Of a stretch of 55,407 bases of DNA, positions 40,301 to 49,693 are shown piece after piece (position 1 is the stretch's first letter; every line of letters begins with the position of its first letter). Origin of the DNA: a virus (taxonomy: Duplodnaviria; Caudoviricetes); the IMG/VR virus record IMGVR_UViG_3300049023_000185, positions 1 to 55,407 of that record, one strand, 5' to 3'. The notes below the pieces were generated by a model. That model saw only the letters and a list, made by a program, of their open reading frames with translations. It had not been told where the DNA came from and did not search any database. The position numbers were made by a program, and so were the translations under genes.

Positions 40301-40349
40301 TTCAAGTCAAAAAAACACTGGCGATGGCAATAGTGTTGCGGCTACATAA
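37338..40349 (+). CDS. Tail nozzle or stabilisation protein (P22 gp10 / T7 gp12-like)
   Basis: 1003 aa beta-rich; LQNVR..KTGGIVKRNG; LVIFK; DTGC. Confidence 0.78.
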   Translation: MALQKQKIPVALNTPLDTKSDEFLTPGFASLQNVRHKKTGGIVKRNGYTKLTNVLANTSPNPTFTELLSGSLALKSYKDELVLLSDESIFSYSSHNGASTANSWLSRDYVNKRTTSGSPVVRKDSSALTATVKESTAISTIANYFDPHYLETTDYRIVSADDNTTMTVSISDINTGALIVERQFPIAKSNIATDSTYLYVMGRQLITQDFIYYPIPLTNLNASISAVTIPSLDFTANNITAYDAVSDASQVFVAVASQSASQYSAAVYTLANTTVTNTSTTSLGADYTTVGPLEFRLVKFQSSYVLAYANKHGGSVTTRFIKYNSAGVVTAGPTSIGEVGSYNAIGADANNVYLVYNFNSASTKMATIDASNVVTLSTFSDFPLFPQTNLLINDDRLFVGVRARYTNTGHNVMMQKNLLKTTNAALFGKAQDFVYKPIAIDGSIINSAMTGFPRLAFSSNTLTTVGMEVKEVVADAFVTDPAGIGRKTVTLISYVFDASYESISLNAGMLVAGAITKFYDGASYTELGFLQTPRIGTFTEGIAGLYFPVGTYGMAAVFSWTDSLGNIHRSAPEFKSLVVTTSSDTLNFALYNLLQLTEKENVIIEYYLTETNGSIYYRANLSAATGIGTFILPADTSAEVLYTQSGELENDPPIASLGITYFKNRVFSINKNSLEYSKPVEANYPVEFNANQRINLEITGGDATGVRAMDSNLVIFKKNAIFILNGEGPNALGQQNDYGNPQLITSDTGCEDTNSIVAYPNGLLFKSKKGIYEINRGLAVQYIGAQVAEFNQYEVVSSQLLPEVNEVRFVLSNGSILVYDYQERQWAVDTISNAISGVSHNNVYYYVNSSNIVLGENSLFFDNYASGDALVPYSSKLETNWIQVVATNNGASLSAGVQQWQRLYKIHLLGRYKSAHTLKVSLAYNYNDTVVDFATISPSGSGLYQFVVNPSIQKCEAIKIIIEDTNTSLTNGESMELSSMLLEVGLKGSSQKNTGDGNSVAAT

Positions 40350-40372
40350 CCATATAAAAAAGGCACATTACT

Positions 40373-40705
40373 ATGAGCGACTTGTTTTTAAAGTATAAGA
40401 AAGAACGAGAGAATGTTGAATCTATTAGCGTAGATGGGGCTTTCATAACTTATAAGTTTTTACAAGATTATGCTTACATTGAAGATGTTTACTGCGTGCC
40501 AGAGTTACGCGATTCAGGCATTGCACATGAGTTAGCAGCAAAAGTTGAAGTTTTGGCTCGTAAAGCCGGATATAAAAAAATGCTTGGAAGCGTGGATACT
40601 AATGCCACTAACCCGGAACAATCTCTCCGAGCATGTTTCAACAACGGATATAAAATTTTAAATTTGCAAGGCAGTGTTATCTGGTTGCATAAGGAGCTTA
40701 AATAA
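40373..40705 (+). CDS. GNAT acetyltransferase
   Basis: YIEDVYCVPELRDSGIAHEL; position between nozzle and ejection genes. Confidence 0.8.
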   Translation: MSDLFLKYKKERENVESISVDGAFITYKFLQDYAYIEDVYCVPELRDSGIAHELAAKVEVLARKAGYKKMLGSVDTNATNPEQSLRACFNNGYKILNLQGSVIWLHKELK

Positions 40706-42057
40706 TGGGCGGAGTTAAAAATCCTTTCGGCGGTGGAAACATCGGTACAACTGACCAGATTAAAAAAGGGTACACAACTGTTGCAACATTTGGGGCCGCC
40801 GGACTTCCAGGAGCCGCAGCAGCAATAAAAATGGGTGACATGGACATTAAAGACCCAGCCGGCATGAACCAATACACCGATTTAGCAAATCAAGCTCAGC
40901 AAGAATATGGTAATCAACGTGCTTTTATGGGCGCAAACGTTGACCCAAAACGTAAGCAGTTGTTGGACCAGTTAGGCGCGCAAGCAGCAGGCACGGCGCC
41001 AAGTATTGCCGAAGCTCAGTTGAAATCAGCATTTGATAAAAGTTTACAACAACAATTATCACTTGCTCGCTCAGGCCGCGGAAACGCCGGACTTGCTAGT
41101 AGAAATGCTGCTGGGCAAATCGCACAGACTCAACAAAACATTGCAGGTCAAGCAGCCGTGGCCCGCTTACAAGAGCAGAATCAAGCGCAGAACAATTTGC
41201 AACAAGCTATTCAAAATGAACAACAATATGCTACTGGCACACTTGGTAGCGCGCTTGGCTCACAAGCTAACGTCGCGGCAATGCAAAACGCACAACGTGA
41301 TAGAAACGATGCTCGTACCGGTCAACTTTTAGGCGGAGTCGGACAAATTGCCGGAATGTTTTTAGGGCTTGCTGAGGGTGGACAAGTACCATCATTAGAA
41401 TCAGTGTTAAAATCTAAATATGGTAAGTCACCTCAAAAGTTAGCTTATGGTGGGCAATACCGCGCCGATGTAGGCAGTGTTGACCAACTCGTTTCAGACT
41501 CACAAAAAATAGCTGAAAAGGGAAAGAAAGGTGCGGAACAAGCAACTAGCTTTTTATCTGGCGGGATTAAAAAATTAAATAATAAACACTTAGAAGAACA
41601 AGATGATTTAGCACTTGATGAAATGACTGCAGAGTTTGAAGCTGAAGAAGCATTGAAGCAGCAGCCAGCTCTAAGCAGTTTTGTACCAAGAATGCCTGGC
41701 CCAGGCGTACCCGTCTTATCGCCGACAATGCTTCCAATCAGCCGCTCAATGCCAATGAGCAAGGGTGGAAACGTACCAGGCAAAGAAGAAGTTAAAGGCG
41801 ACAGCTTTAAAAATGATAAGGTGCCTGCGCTTTTATCAGCGGGGGAAATTGTAATACCAAAATCAGTTATTGATGCTGGTCCGGTTGCTGCGGGCTTTTT
41901 CGCTAAAAGAGCATCAGAAGATGCATCTTATAACGCGAAAACTTTCAAAGCTGAAAAACTATCACTTCCGCAAATGCTTAAAAAAATCCAAGAATCAGAA
42001 GAAACATTTAATAAAGTTTCGCAAATGCTTTCAAGCAAGAAAAAGAAAGTGGTGTAG
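40705..42057 (+). CDS. Ejection (internal virion) protein 1
   Basis: Q/A/G-rich helical; hydrophobic segment; GG..VPG...DKVPALLSAGEIVIP motif. Confidence 0.7.
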   Translation: MGGVKNPFGGGNIGTTDQIKKGYTTVATFGAAGLPGAAAAIKMGDMDIKDPAGMNQYTDLANQAQQEYGNQRAFMGANVDPKRKQLLDQLGAQAAGTAPSIAEAQLKSAFDKSLQQQLSLARSGRGNAGLASRNAAGQIAQTQQNIAGQAAVARLQEQNQAQNNLQQAIQNEQQYATGTLGSALGSQANVAAMQNAQRDRNDARTGQLLGGVGQIAGMFLGLAEGGQVPSLESVLKSKYGKSPQKLAYGGQYRADVGSVDQLVSDSQKIAEKGKKGAEQATSFLSGGIKKLNNKHLEEQDDLALDEMTAEFEAEEALKQQPALSSFVPRMPGPGVPVLSPTMLPISRSMPMSKGGNVPGKEEVKGDSFKNDKVPALLSAGEIVIPKSVIDAGPVAAGFFAKRASEDASYNAKTFKAEKLSLPQMLKKIQESEETFNKVSQMLSSKKKKVV

Positions 42058-42059
42058 TT

Positions 42060-43670
42060 ATGGCTGACAACTCAAATGTTATTCCCGGTGTGCCAGTCGT
42101 CGACGCTCCTGCTGAAGTGCCTTGGTACAACCGCCCGGCATTAGAAACTATCGTTGAAAATGGACCTGCTGCAATAGACAAGATTGCGGAAATTGCAAAC
42201 AGCAATCCACGAGACCAAATTGCTCAAGCTCTTGGCCTGCAACAAGAAGTAGTTCCAAACATGGACATGGCAACTCAAAATAAATTGTTTAATGGTGTGA
42301 ATCCGCCGGCATTTGCAAAAACTGCAGACAATGGGTTAGTCACTGAGCCTTCTCCAGAAGAATTGCTAGCACAACAACCATTAAATCCTGCAACTGATTT
42401 TTTAGATTCTCAAGCTACACAATCTCGCGTTAAAGAGCAAAAGTCCATTGATATGGCTAGTCCACTTTACAGCAAGATTAAAGCGCAAGACGATTTAAAT
42501 AATGCTGCTCAAGTTCTAGAAGGTAACAGGCAAAAAACTCTTGGTGAAAAAGAAATGTTGCAGCAGCAACAGGTTCAAGAATATCAAAAGTTTAAGCAAA
42601 AGTATGATGCAGATGTTTCTACTCGTCTAATGGAACTTGATAACCAGCTGAAAAAAGTTGATGAAGATGCGCGTCTTAGCCGCCAATCTACTGCAGATTT
42701 ATTTCAAGATAAAAGTTCTGGGCAAAAAATTGCCGCAGGTCTTGCAATTGTTCTTGGGGCTGCTGGCGGCGTTATGCGCGGTGATGGGCGAAACACGGGC
42801 CTTGAAGTTATCAATGATACTTTAGAGCGTGAACGCAAGCAATTGCTAAGCAACTTTGCAAACAGTAAAGAAATGGTAGAATTAAAACGCAAAAACCTTG
42901 ATGATTACAACGAAGCAATGATGCGACAAATGCAAGTTGCTGACCGTCAAAAAATTCTTCAAATGCAGGTTTTGGCGACTAAACTTGATGTAGCTGAAAG
43001 TCAGTATCGAGGCTCTGCCGCTGGTGCAGCCGCAAAAGATGCTAAAGCTAACATTCAAATGCAGATTAATGCTTTAAGTAAGCAACAAGCTCAATCAGAA
43101 TCATTGCAAAATTTAATGCGTAACATGGGTAAAGGCGGAAGAATGCCAACACCTCTTGAAACGCTGGGTCTGCCTAAAGAATTTAGAGAAGCAGTAGAAG
43201 ATAGTCGTGGATTAACAGTTGAAGGCTACTCTGGAATCGCAAGAAACAAAGAAGATAGAGATGCTTTTAATAAATTCAGACAATCACAAGAGCCCGCGAT
43301 TGACGCCTTAAACCGAATAATCAAACTACAAAAAAGCGGTAATAGATTTAATCCTGAGCAACGAGCGCAAGCCGCTTCGGAAATTAATGCTGCTATTGGT
43401 GGATTACGAGAAGCTATCGTTGGTCCTGGTGCTATGACAGAATCTGAATTTGAGCGAATCAGAAATACCATTGGTGACCAGAACAAGCTTTTTAGTTTGC
43501 CGAGCTGGGAAATGGCAAAAACCGTTACAGCCTTAAACAAGTTAAAATCTGATTTAAGTACTGTAGCTAACTTACGCGGCTTTCAACCGCCTCAAGAGTT
43601 TAGAGCTAATTTTACTCCAGCAAAGGCTGATGAAATTGCAAAGAAATATAAGTATTTAGATAAAAAATAG
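42060..43670 (+). CDS. Ejection protein 2
   Basis: Coiled coil with hydrophobic hairpin AAGLAIVLGAAGG; position. Confidence 0.65.
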   Translation: MADNSNVIPGVPVVDAPAEVPWYNRPALETIVENGPAAIDKIAEIANSNPRDQIAQALGLQQEVVPNMDMATQNKLFNGVNPPAFAKTADNGLVTEPSPEELLAQQPLNPATDFLDSQATQSRVKEQKSIDMASPLYSKIKAQDDLNNAAQVLEGNRQKTLGEKEMLQQQQVQEYQKFKQKYDADVSTRLMELDNQLKKVDEDARLSRQSTADLFQDKSSGQKIAAGLAIVLGAAGGVMRGDGRNTGLEVINDTLERERKQLLSNFANSKEMVELKRKNLDDYNEAMMRQMQVADRQKILQMQVLATKLDVAESQYRGSAAGAAAKDAKANIQMQINALSKQQAQSESLQNLMRNMGKGGRMPTPLETLGLPKEFREAVEDSRGLTVEGYSGIARNKEDRDAFNKFRQSQEPAIDALNRIIKLQKSGNRFNPEQRAQAASEINAAIGGLREAIVGPGAMTESEFERIRNTIGDQNKLFSLPSWEMAKTVTALNKLKSDLSTVANLRGFQPPQEFRANFTPAKADEIAKKYKYLDKK

Positions 43671-43737
43671 TATCTGCCTGGCGTACATTTGTATGCCTTA
43701 AGCATTCATATAAAAATCGCACAGATGCGAGGTACCC

Positions 43738-46197
43738 TTGCAAAGAATTCAGCTTAAAGATGTAAAAAATAATACCGTTGTTGATGTTGGTATCGATGAA
43801 GTGCCAGCAATGGTTGCTTCAGGCCACTACGCGCTACCAAAAAACATTAGTCTTCCGGTAATGAATCCTGAAGGCCAACTAGGTGAAATTAGTTCTGCAG
43901 AATACGTTCAAGCGTTACAATCTGGATACGCTCCTGCAACATCCACTGATATTCAAAAACAAGTAGACATTGAAACTTATGGTGATTCTCCGCTTCAAAC
44001 TGGTTTGGAAAGAGCGGCTAGTGCAGCGACTTTCGGTGCGACAGATTTTGTTGCTAGCCAGTTGCAGCCAGAATACGCCAAAAGCATGCAAAAGCGTGAA
44101 GAGTTAAATCCTGGAGCTGCGATTACTGGCGAGATTGTCGGTGTTGTAGGTCCAGCGCTACTAACAGGCGGTAGCTCATTAGCCGCAAAAGGGCTAAGTG
44201 CTCCCGTAAAAGTTATAAATAATTTAGCTGCAAAAACAACTAGTGCGGTGGCCAAAGCGCTACCAAAAACTGGATTAGCTTCAAAGGTTTTAGCAGAGAT
44301 AGTGCCTCGTGCTGCAGGTCTCGGCGTAGAAGGTGCTTTGTACGGCGCTGGAAATTACATCAGTGATGCAAGTCTTGGCAATGCTGATTGGTCTGCGGAA
44401 TCTCTAATTAGCAATGTTGGAATGTCTGGTTTAATAGGCGGTGGAATCGGTGCGGGCTTAGGCGTTGCAAAATTAGCAGCCACTCCGGTAATTCAAAAGG
44501 TTAAGGGTTGGCAAGATGTTAATAAGTTGGCTGAAGATGTTGTTGGCCTCAATACTGTAAAATCAGTAAATTTAACTGACAAGTTTGACGAGGGTGAGTT
44601 AGCAAAATACGTAGTAAACGATGTTAATCAAGGCTCTATAAAACCATTTACGACTGAGAGTCTAGCTGAAAAAGCCACTGCAACCATAGAAAGAAAAAGC
44701 GCGGAATTAGATAATCTTTTAAAAACCATTGGAGAAGACGCTAAAGCTTTAGACGCACTCCCAGACAAATTTGAATTGTCTAGAAAAATTGAAACAAAAA
44801 TAAAACAGTTAGTTGATGATATTAAGGTTGGCGAAGGAGTGTCACCTGCTAAGCAAGGTTATGCTGACGCACTAAACTCCGTTAAAAATCAGTGGATGGA
44901 ATTTTTAGGAACAAAAACTAAAAAAATTAAAAACGTCGGAAATGCAGTCGATGAAGTTGTCGATGGACCTGAGGGACTACTAAACCTTACTAAAGCTGCA
45001 TCTAGTGCGGATGACAAAGCGGCTAGAGAAGCATTAGAACTTGAAGCAAATCACATTATGACCGGCGGAACACGCGAAAAGCTGACTGTTGATGATTTAA
45101 ATACTTTGCGAAAGCAAGTTGGCGAAGCTGCTAAATATGATAGAAATGGCGATGTTTCTAAAAACATGATTGCAGAAGCCAATGGTCACGTCTATGGAGT
45201 TCTCCGACAAACAATAGATGATATTGCCGATAAAGTTGGACAACAAGAAATTTTGAAAGAAACTAATAGAAAGATTTGGCTAGGTTTAAAAATACAACCA
45301 TTTCTAGAAGCTGCTGAAATTAAAGCCGGCAAAAAAAATATGCTACAGTTAAGAGATTACATGGCCGCCGGAGTTGCCGCTGCAGGAAACCCTCTCGGCA
45401 CTGCTGTGGCATTAGGGCGATTATTTCAAAAAGGAATGGAGAGCGAACTTGGTAAGTCTGCACAACTAATTTACGCGGTTAAATCTGCAGAAAGAAAACT
45501 TGATAAAGCGGTAAACGACAGCGTTCGAAGTTTTTTTCTTAATGTTGGTAAAGGAGCTAAGGCATCCACGCTTAAACTGTCCACCGACGCGAAAGAATAT
45601 GATGCTTACACCAAAAAAGTTCAAGAATATGCTTCAAACCCTAATGCTTACTTAGACCATGTTTCAAAACGTGATATCGGGCTTAATCAGCAGTTACCAA
45701 CGGTTGTAGCGAGCGCGCAAGGCAAAGGCCTTCAAGCTATGAACTTTTTAAATTCTAAATTGCCAAAACCCGCGACTTCTCCTGGAATGATTCCCCGTAA
45801 ATATGTGCCGAGTACGCAGCAACGCGCTCAATTCATGAGATACGCTGAAATCATTGAAGACCCGAAAAAAGCGCTTCAGCATTTTCAATCAGGCACTCTT
45901 AGCCGCGAAAACGTAGAAGCTCTTCAAGCCGTATACCCAGAATTTTACAAAAAACTGATAAACACTGCATCTGAGTACATGGGATTACACGGCGACAAAT
46001 TACCATATTCAAAAAAGATTCAACTGGGCCTTTTAATGGGTGTCCCAACTGATGTTTCCATGCAGCCTCAATTCATTCAAAGCATGCAGGCCGGCTTCGC
46101 CACTCCAAATGATAATAGCATGATTCAACCGGGAGTTACTGGCGCTTCAAAACTTGATAAAGCCGGACGATATGATTACAGCGCAGGCGATAATTAA
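43738..46197 (+). CDS. Ejection protein 3
   Basis: ATFGATD...NPGAAITGEIVG motif; G/A-rich membrane-like segments. Confidence 0.68.
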   Translation: MQRIQLKDVKNNTVVDVGIDEVPAMVASGHYALPKNISLPVMNPEGQLGEISSAEYVQALQSGYAPATSTDIQKQVDIETYGDSPLQTGLERAASAATFGATDFVASQLQPEYAKSMQKREELNPGAAITGEIVGVVGPALLTGGSSLAAKGLSAPVKVINNLAAKTTSAVAKALPKTGLASKVLAEIVPRAAGLGVEGALYGAGNYISDASLGNADWSAESLISNVGMSGLIGGGIGAGLGVAKLAATPVIQKVKGWQDVNKLAEDVVGLNTVKSVNLTDKFDEGELAKYVVNDVNQGSIKPFTTESLAEKATATIERKSAELDNLLKTIGEDAKALDALPDKFELSRKIETKIKQLVDDIKVGEGVSPAKQGYADALNSVKNQWMEFLGTKTKKIKNVGNAVDEVVDGPEGLLNLTKAASSADDKAAREALELEANHIMTGGTREKLTVDDLNTLRKQVGEAAKYDRNGDVSKNMIAEANGHVYGVLRQTIDDIADKVGQQEILKETNRKIWLGLKIQPFLEAAEIKAGKKNMLQLRDYMAAGVAAAGNPLGTAVALGRLFQKGMESELGKSAQLIYAVKSAERKLDKAVNDSVRSFFLNVGKGAKASTLKLSTDAKEYDAYTKKVQEYASNPNAYLDHVSKRDIGLNQQLPTVVASAQGKGLQAMNFLNSKLPKPATSPGMIPRKYVPSTQQRAQFMRYAEIIEDPKKALQHFQSGTLSRENVEALQAVYPEFYKKLINTASEYMGLHGDKLPYSKKIQLGLLMGVPTDVSMQPQFIQSMQAGFATPNDNSMIQPGVTGASKLDKAGRYDYSAGDN

Positions 46198-46291
46198 AGT
46201 TGTAAGCGGGTAGGCCTAAAACCCATAAACCCCATATAATTTACTCACCTTATAGCTAGGGACGATAACCCCGAACCTATAAGGAGCCTCA

Positions 46292-46639
46292 ATGTCTCGT
46301 AAAAATATTATTCCCGGCTATAAAGCTTTTGACGCTTTAGACGCTACAACCACTCAAACACAAGACCCTGAAACGAGTGTTGTCGGCTGCGATAAAGCCA
46401 GCTATCACGTAACATTTTCTACCGCCAATACAGGCGAACTAATTGTTCAAGCAAAAAACAGCAAAAACGATTCTTGGTACGACTTAGATTTTGGCGTTCC
46501 TTTAACGGTAACCGCTGAAACCGAAATAATCCTAAATGTTAATCAAATTAATTTTCAAGCTATGCGACTTGTTTGGCAACCAAGCGCTGGAGCCGGAACT
46601 ATTTCTGCCGTTTTAAGCTCGGCGTCGGTGGGAGCATAA
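46292..46639 (+). CDS. Small beta-sandwich virion protein, paralog of 48416..48757
   Basis: GELIVQAKN...MRLVW...GAGT. Confidence 0.7.
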   Translation: MSRKNIIPGYKAFDALDATTTQTQDPETSVVGCDKASYHVTFSTANTGELIVQAKNSKNDSWYDLDFGVPLTVTAETEIILNVNQINFQAMRLVWQPSAGAGTISAVLSSASVGA

Positions 46640-46640
46640 T

Positions 46641-47588
46641 ATGTCAGTAACTTATAATTATCCTCCGTTTTCAGCAACATTAACCGGCGGCGCTACTGAA
46701 GCAAAACAAGATATAATCATTGCAAATCAAGATGAGCAGACGGTCGAACTTCAGGCCATAAACACTGAATTAAATACGCAGACGACCGCATTAGCAGACA
46801 TAAACACTGAGCTTAATACGCAGACTACTGCATTATCAGACGTAAATACGGAGTTAAACTCTCAGACTGCATTGCTCACAACTGTTGATGCTGACACCGG
46901 CAATATTGCCACAAGTACTGCAAACATTGACTCAAAAACTCCAGCACTTGGACAGGCTTTAGCAGCTGCGTCCGTGCCCGTAGTACTTACAGCTGCTCAA
47001 GTGTCTACGCTTACACCACAAACTGATGCTCTAACAGATACACAATTACGAGCATCCGCAGTACCAGTTTCAGCAGCAAGCTTACCACTACCAACAGGCG
47101 CAGCCACCTCAGCAAAACAAGATACCGGAAATACAAGCCTTGCAAGCATTGATGGAAAGCTAGGCTCGCTAGGACAAAAAACAATGGCTGGCAGTGCGCC
47201 AGTAACAATTGCATCAGACCAAAGTGCACTTCCAGTTTCACAATCAGGCACTTGGACAGTTCAACCTGGGAATACCGCAAACACTACTGCTTGGCTTGTT
47301 ACCGAGCAAAAATCTGCAACGGCTACATTAGCAAATGTTGCCTCAAGTGCGTCTAGCGTAACTTTGCAGGCGTCAAATTCGTCGCGCAAGGGCCTAAACA
47401 TTTTCAATGATTCTACTGCAATTCTTTATGTGAAGTTTGGAGCTACGGCTTCAACTAGCTCGTACACTGTGCAAATTGCGGCTGGCGGATACTACGAATT
47501 ACCGGCTAGCCCCGCACTGTACACAGGCATCGTTGATGGTATTTGGGCATCTGCAAACGGAAATGCTCGTGTAACGGAGTTGTCATGA
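46641..47588 (+). CDS. Fibre-like virion protein
   Basis: T/A/S-rich; 14-aa coiled-coil repeats; LPLPTGAATSAKQ motif. Confidence 0.75.
   Translation: MSVTYNYPPFSATLTGGATEAKQDIIIANQDEQTVELQAINTELNTQTTALADINTELNTQTTALSDVNTELNSQTALLTTVDADTGNIATSTANIDSKTPALGQALAAASVPVVLTAAQVSTLTPQTDALTDTQLRASAVPVSAASLPLPTGAATSAKQDTGNTSLASIDGKLGSLGQKTMAGSAPVTIASDQSALPVSQSGTWTVQPGNTANTTAWLVTEQKSATATLANVASSASSVTLQASNSSRKGLNIFNDSTAILYVKFGATASTSSYTVQIAAGGYYELPASPALYTGIVDGIWASANGNARVTELS
46757..46872 (+). repeat. Degenerate 42-bp tandem repeat (about 2.8 copies)
   Basis: Encodes INTELNTQTTALAD / INTELNTQTTALSD / VNTELNSQT. Confidence 0.9.
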
Positions 47589-47622
47589 TTAATCAGCTAA
47601 ACTTTTTAGGGCGGTTGTAGTC

Positions 47623-48381
47623 ATGCCTTTATTTAATCCGTCATCGGCATCAGCCGTACTTCGCACAACCACACAAACCACAACATACACTGCAACTATA
47701 AATGACGATGTTATTTTTGTGAGTAGTGCATCCACGTGGACGCTTACTCTATATGCAGCCTCTGGCAACTCAGGCAAAACATTAACCATTAAAAAAACGT
47801 CTTCAGATTTTAATGCTATAACTATTGATGGTAATGCTTCAGAAACAATTGATGGCCAAACAACGACTACAATTAACACTCAGTACGAATGTTTAAAGCT
47901 AATTTGTGATGGCTCTAACTGGCACATTTTAGAGAGAAAAATAGACAACACTTGGTATTCATTTACGCCAACAGGCGGATTTAACAATACGACTTATACA
48001 GGCTTCTACAGACGTGTTGGTGACATGATGGAGTGTGATGTAAAAATGCTTTTAACAGGTACGCCTGGAGCAGCTACAAACTTAATAAACATTCCGTTCA
48101 GTTTAACAATTGATACCGCCAAATTATCGTATGCAACCAGTGAGCGTAACTCATTTGGTCTAGCAAAAATACTTGATTCAGGAACCGCCGATTATGTTGG
48201 TTACGTCGTATATCTAAATACTACTCAAGTTGGTATTGACCCTTGGACGATTGACGCAACTACAAGCGGCAGAGTCCGACAAGCAGGCTCTTCAACTCAA
48301 ATTGAACCAATGACTTTTGCAGTAAACGACACAGTTCACTGGAATTTTAAAGTCCCTATTTCTGGCTGGAAGGGCAATTAA
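47623..48381 (+). CDS. Tail fibre or receptor-binding protein
   Basis: TIKKT...TIDGNASETIDG...DGSNW; YRRVGD; VPISGW C-terminus. Confidence 0.75.
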   Translation: MPLFNPSSASAVLRTTTQTTTYTATINDDVIFVSSASTWTLTLYAASGNSGKTLTIKKTSSDFNAITIDGNASETIDGQTTTTINTQYECLKLICDGSNWHILERKIDNTWYSFTPTGGFNNTTYTGFYRRVGDMMECDVKMLLTGTPGAATNLINIPFSLTIDTAKLSYATSERNSFGLAKILDSGTADYVGYVVYLNTTQVGIDPWTIDATTSGRVRQAGSSTQIEPMTFAVNDTVHWNFKVPISGWKGN

Positions 48382-48415
48382 AAATGCCTGTAAAAATCAT
48401 AAAGGATAAAAATAT

Positions 48416-48757
48416 ATGCATCAAAAAGTAGTATCATTCACATTACCAGACACAGACTTTTCAGCGAGCAGAACAAGCTCTGCAATAAATGTTTCTCAGG
48501 TTGCGGCATTCTGCGCACAAGTAGAAATTACTGCTACTGGCTTATCAGGCACACTAAAATTACAAGTTAGCAATTTGGAAACATCAGGTTTTACGGACTT
48601 GCCAGACGCAACAATCACATACACCACGCAAACTGCCACTTTAAACTGGGTGTTTATTGAAGATGTAGCTCCTTACCAATTTGTTCGCCTGGTTTGGACA
48701 AGAACTGCTGGCAGTGGTACTTGCACGATTGCCAATATTGGCACGAAAGCAGTGTAA
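48416..48757 (+). CDS. Small beta-sandwich virion protein, paralog of 46292..46639
   Basis: GTLKLQVSN...VRLVW...GSGT. Confidence 0.7.
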   Translation: MHQKVVSFTLPDTDFSASRTSSAINVSQVAAFCAQVEITATGLSGTLKLQVSNLETSGFTDLPDATITYTTQTATLNWVFIEDVAPYQFVRLVWTRTAGSGTCTIANIGTKAV

Positions 48758-48791
48758 TCATGCAAAAATCATTGAAAACCTGGGAACAAAG

Positions 48792-49226
48792 ATGATTAAA
48801 AATGTTTTAGCCGTAATATTTTCGGCGATAATCTCTTTTTATGCTCCAGTTCAAAGCCTACTACTGCCCATCCTCTGGTTAGTAATCATTGATATAGTTA
48901 CAGGCGTGTATTGCGCCCGCATAGTCGAAAAAAAGCCGCTTAACTCTAGAGGGCTTTTTAAAAAACTTCCGCAGATAACAATGTTTTTAGTGGCGATTAC
49001 CGCCGCACTTCACGCGAATCCGTTTTTTGTAACGTTTGGGCTTCCAGAGTACCAAGCCGTAAAACTGGTTTTTGCATTTTATGGTTTGTATGAGCTTTTT
49101 AGTATTTTGGAGAATTTGGGTAAGTCGGGATTGCCAGTCGCTAAACAAATCATAAACATTTTGACAGCTAAATTACCAGACGACGTAAAAAAAGAATTTG
49201 AGCAAGTTAACCCGGAGAAACCATGA
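48792..49226 (+). CDS. Holin (holin-4-like)
   Basis: IDIVTG...SRGLFKK...ELFSILENLGKSGLP; several transmembrane segments. Confidence 0.85.
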   Translation: MIKNVLAVIFSAIISFYAPVQSLLLPILWLVIIDIVTGVYCARIVEKKPLNSRGLFKKLPQITMFLVAITAALHANPFFVTFGLPEYQAVKLVFAFYGLYELFSILENLGKSGLPVAKQIINILTAKLPDDVKKEFEQVNPEKP

Positions 49227-49693
49227 GTAATGATTTTTTAAATGATTTAAAGGGCAAAGCCTCAGATGCTTTTGATTCCGCTGAAAAAGTTGCGACTTCT
49301 GCTAAAAAATCCTTTGCACGTGCTTTGGTTGACGCTACAAACCTGCAACCAGCAGATATGCGCCAGTTGCCAGCCATGAAAGAGTCTCAATCAGCATTAA
49401 AATCATACGCAGAAGAAGCTTCAGATTTGGTGCTACCGGGAGTAGCTGATGCAATTCCAATTGGTAAGTTATTAAAAGGCGGTAAAGCTGCCGCGCGAAT
49501 CATGGAAAAATTAAAAGACTTGAATAAAACGGTGAGTAGGCTTGATGAAGTTATGCCAGCGAACTTGCCCGAAATGACTAGACGGGGCTATGAACTGTTA
49601 AAAGATGTTGAGCCAAAATCGCAAAAAATCGGCAAAGTAATCGTTAAAGATTCTGCACCAGTTAAACTCGGAAAAGTTATTTTAAAAGATTAA
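49223..49693 (+). CDS. Hypothetical late protein
   Basis: ATGA-coupled to the holin. Confidence 0.75.
   Translation: MSNDFLNDLKGKASDAFDSAEKVATSAKKSFARALVDATNLQPADMRQLPAMKESQSALKSYAEEASDLVLPGVADAIPIGKLLKGGKAAARIMEKLKDLNKTVSRLDEVMPANLPEMTRRGYELLKDVEPKSQKIGKVIVKDSAPVKLGKVILKD

Noticed and set aside
26478-49693. Stop-codon recoding or programmed frameshifts
   Set aside because: Core genes are full length in the standard code and tightly packed; no convincing slippery site links adjacent ORFs
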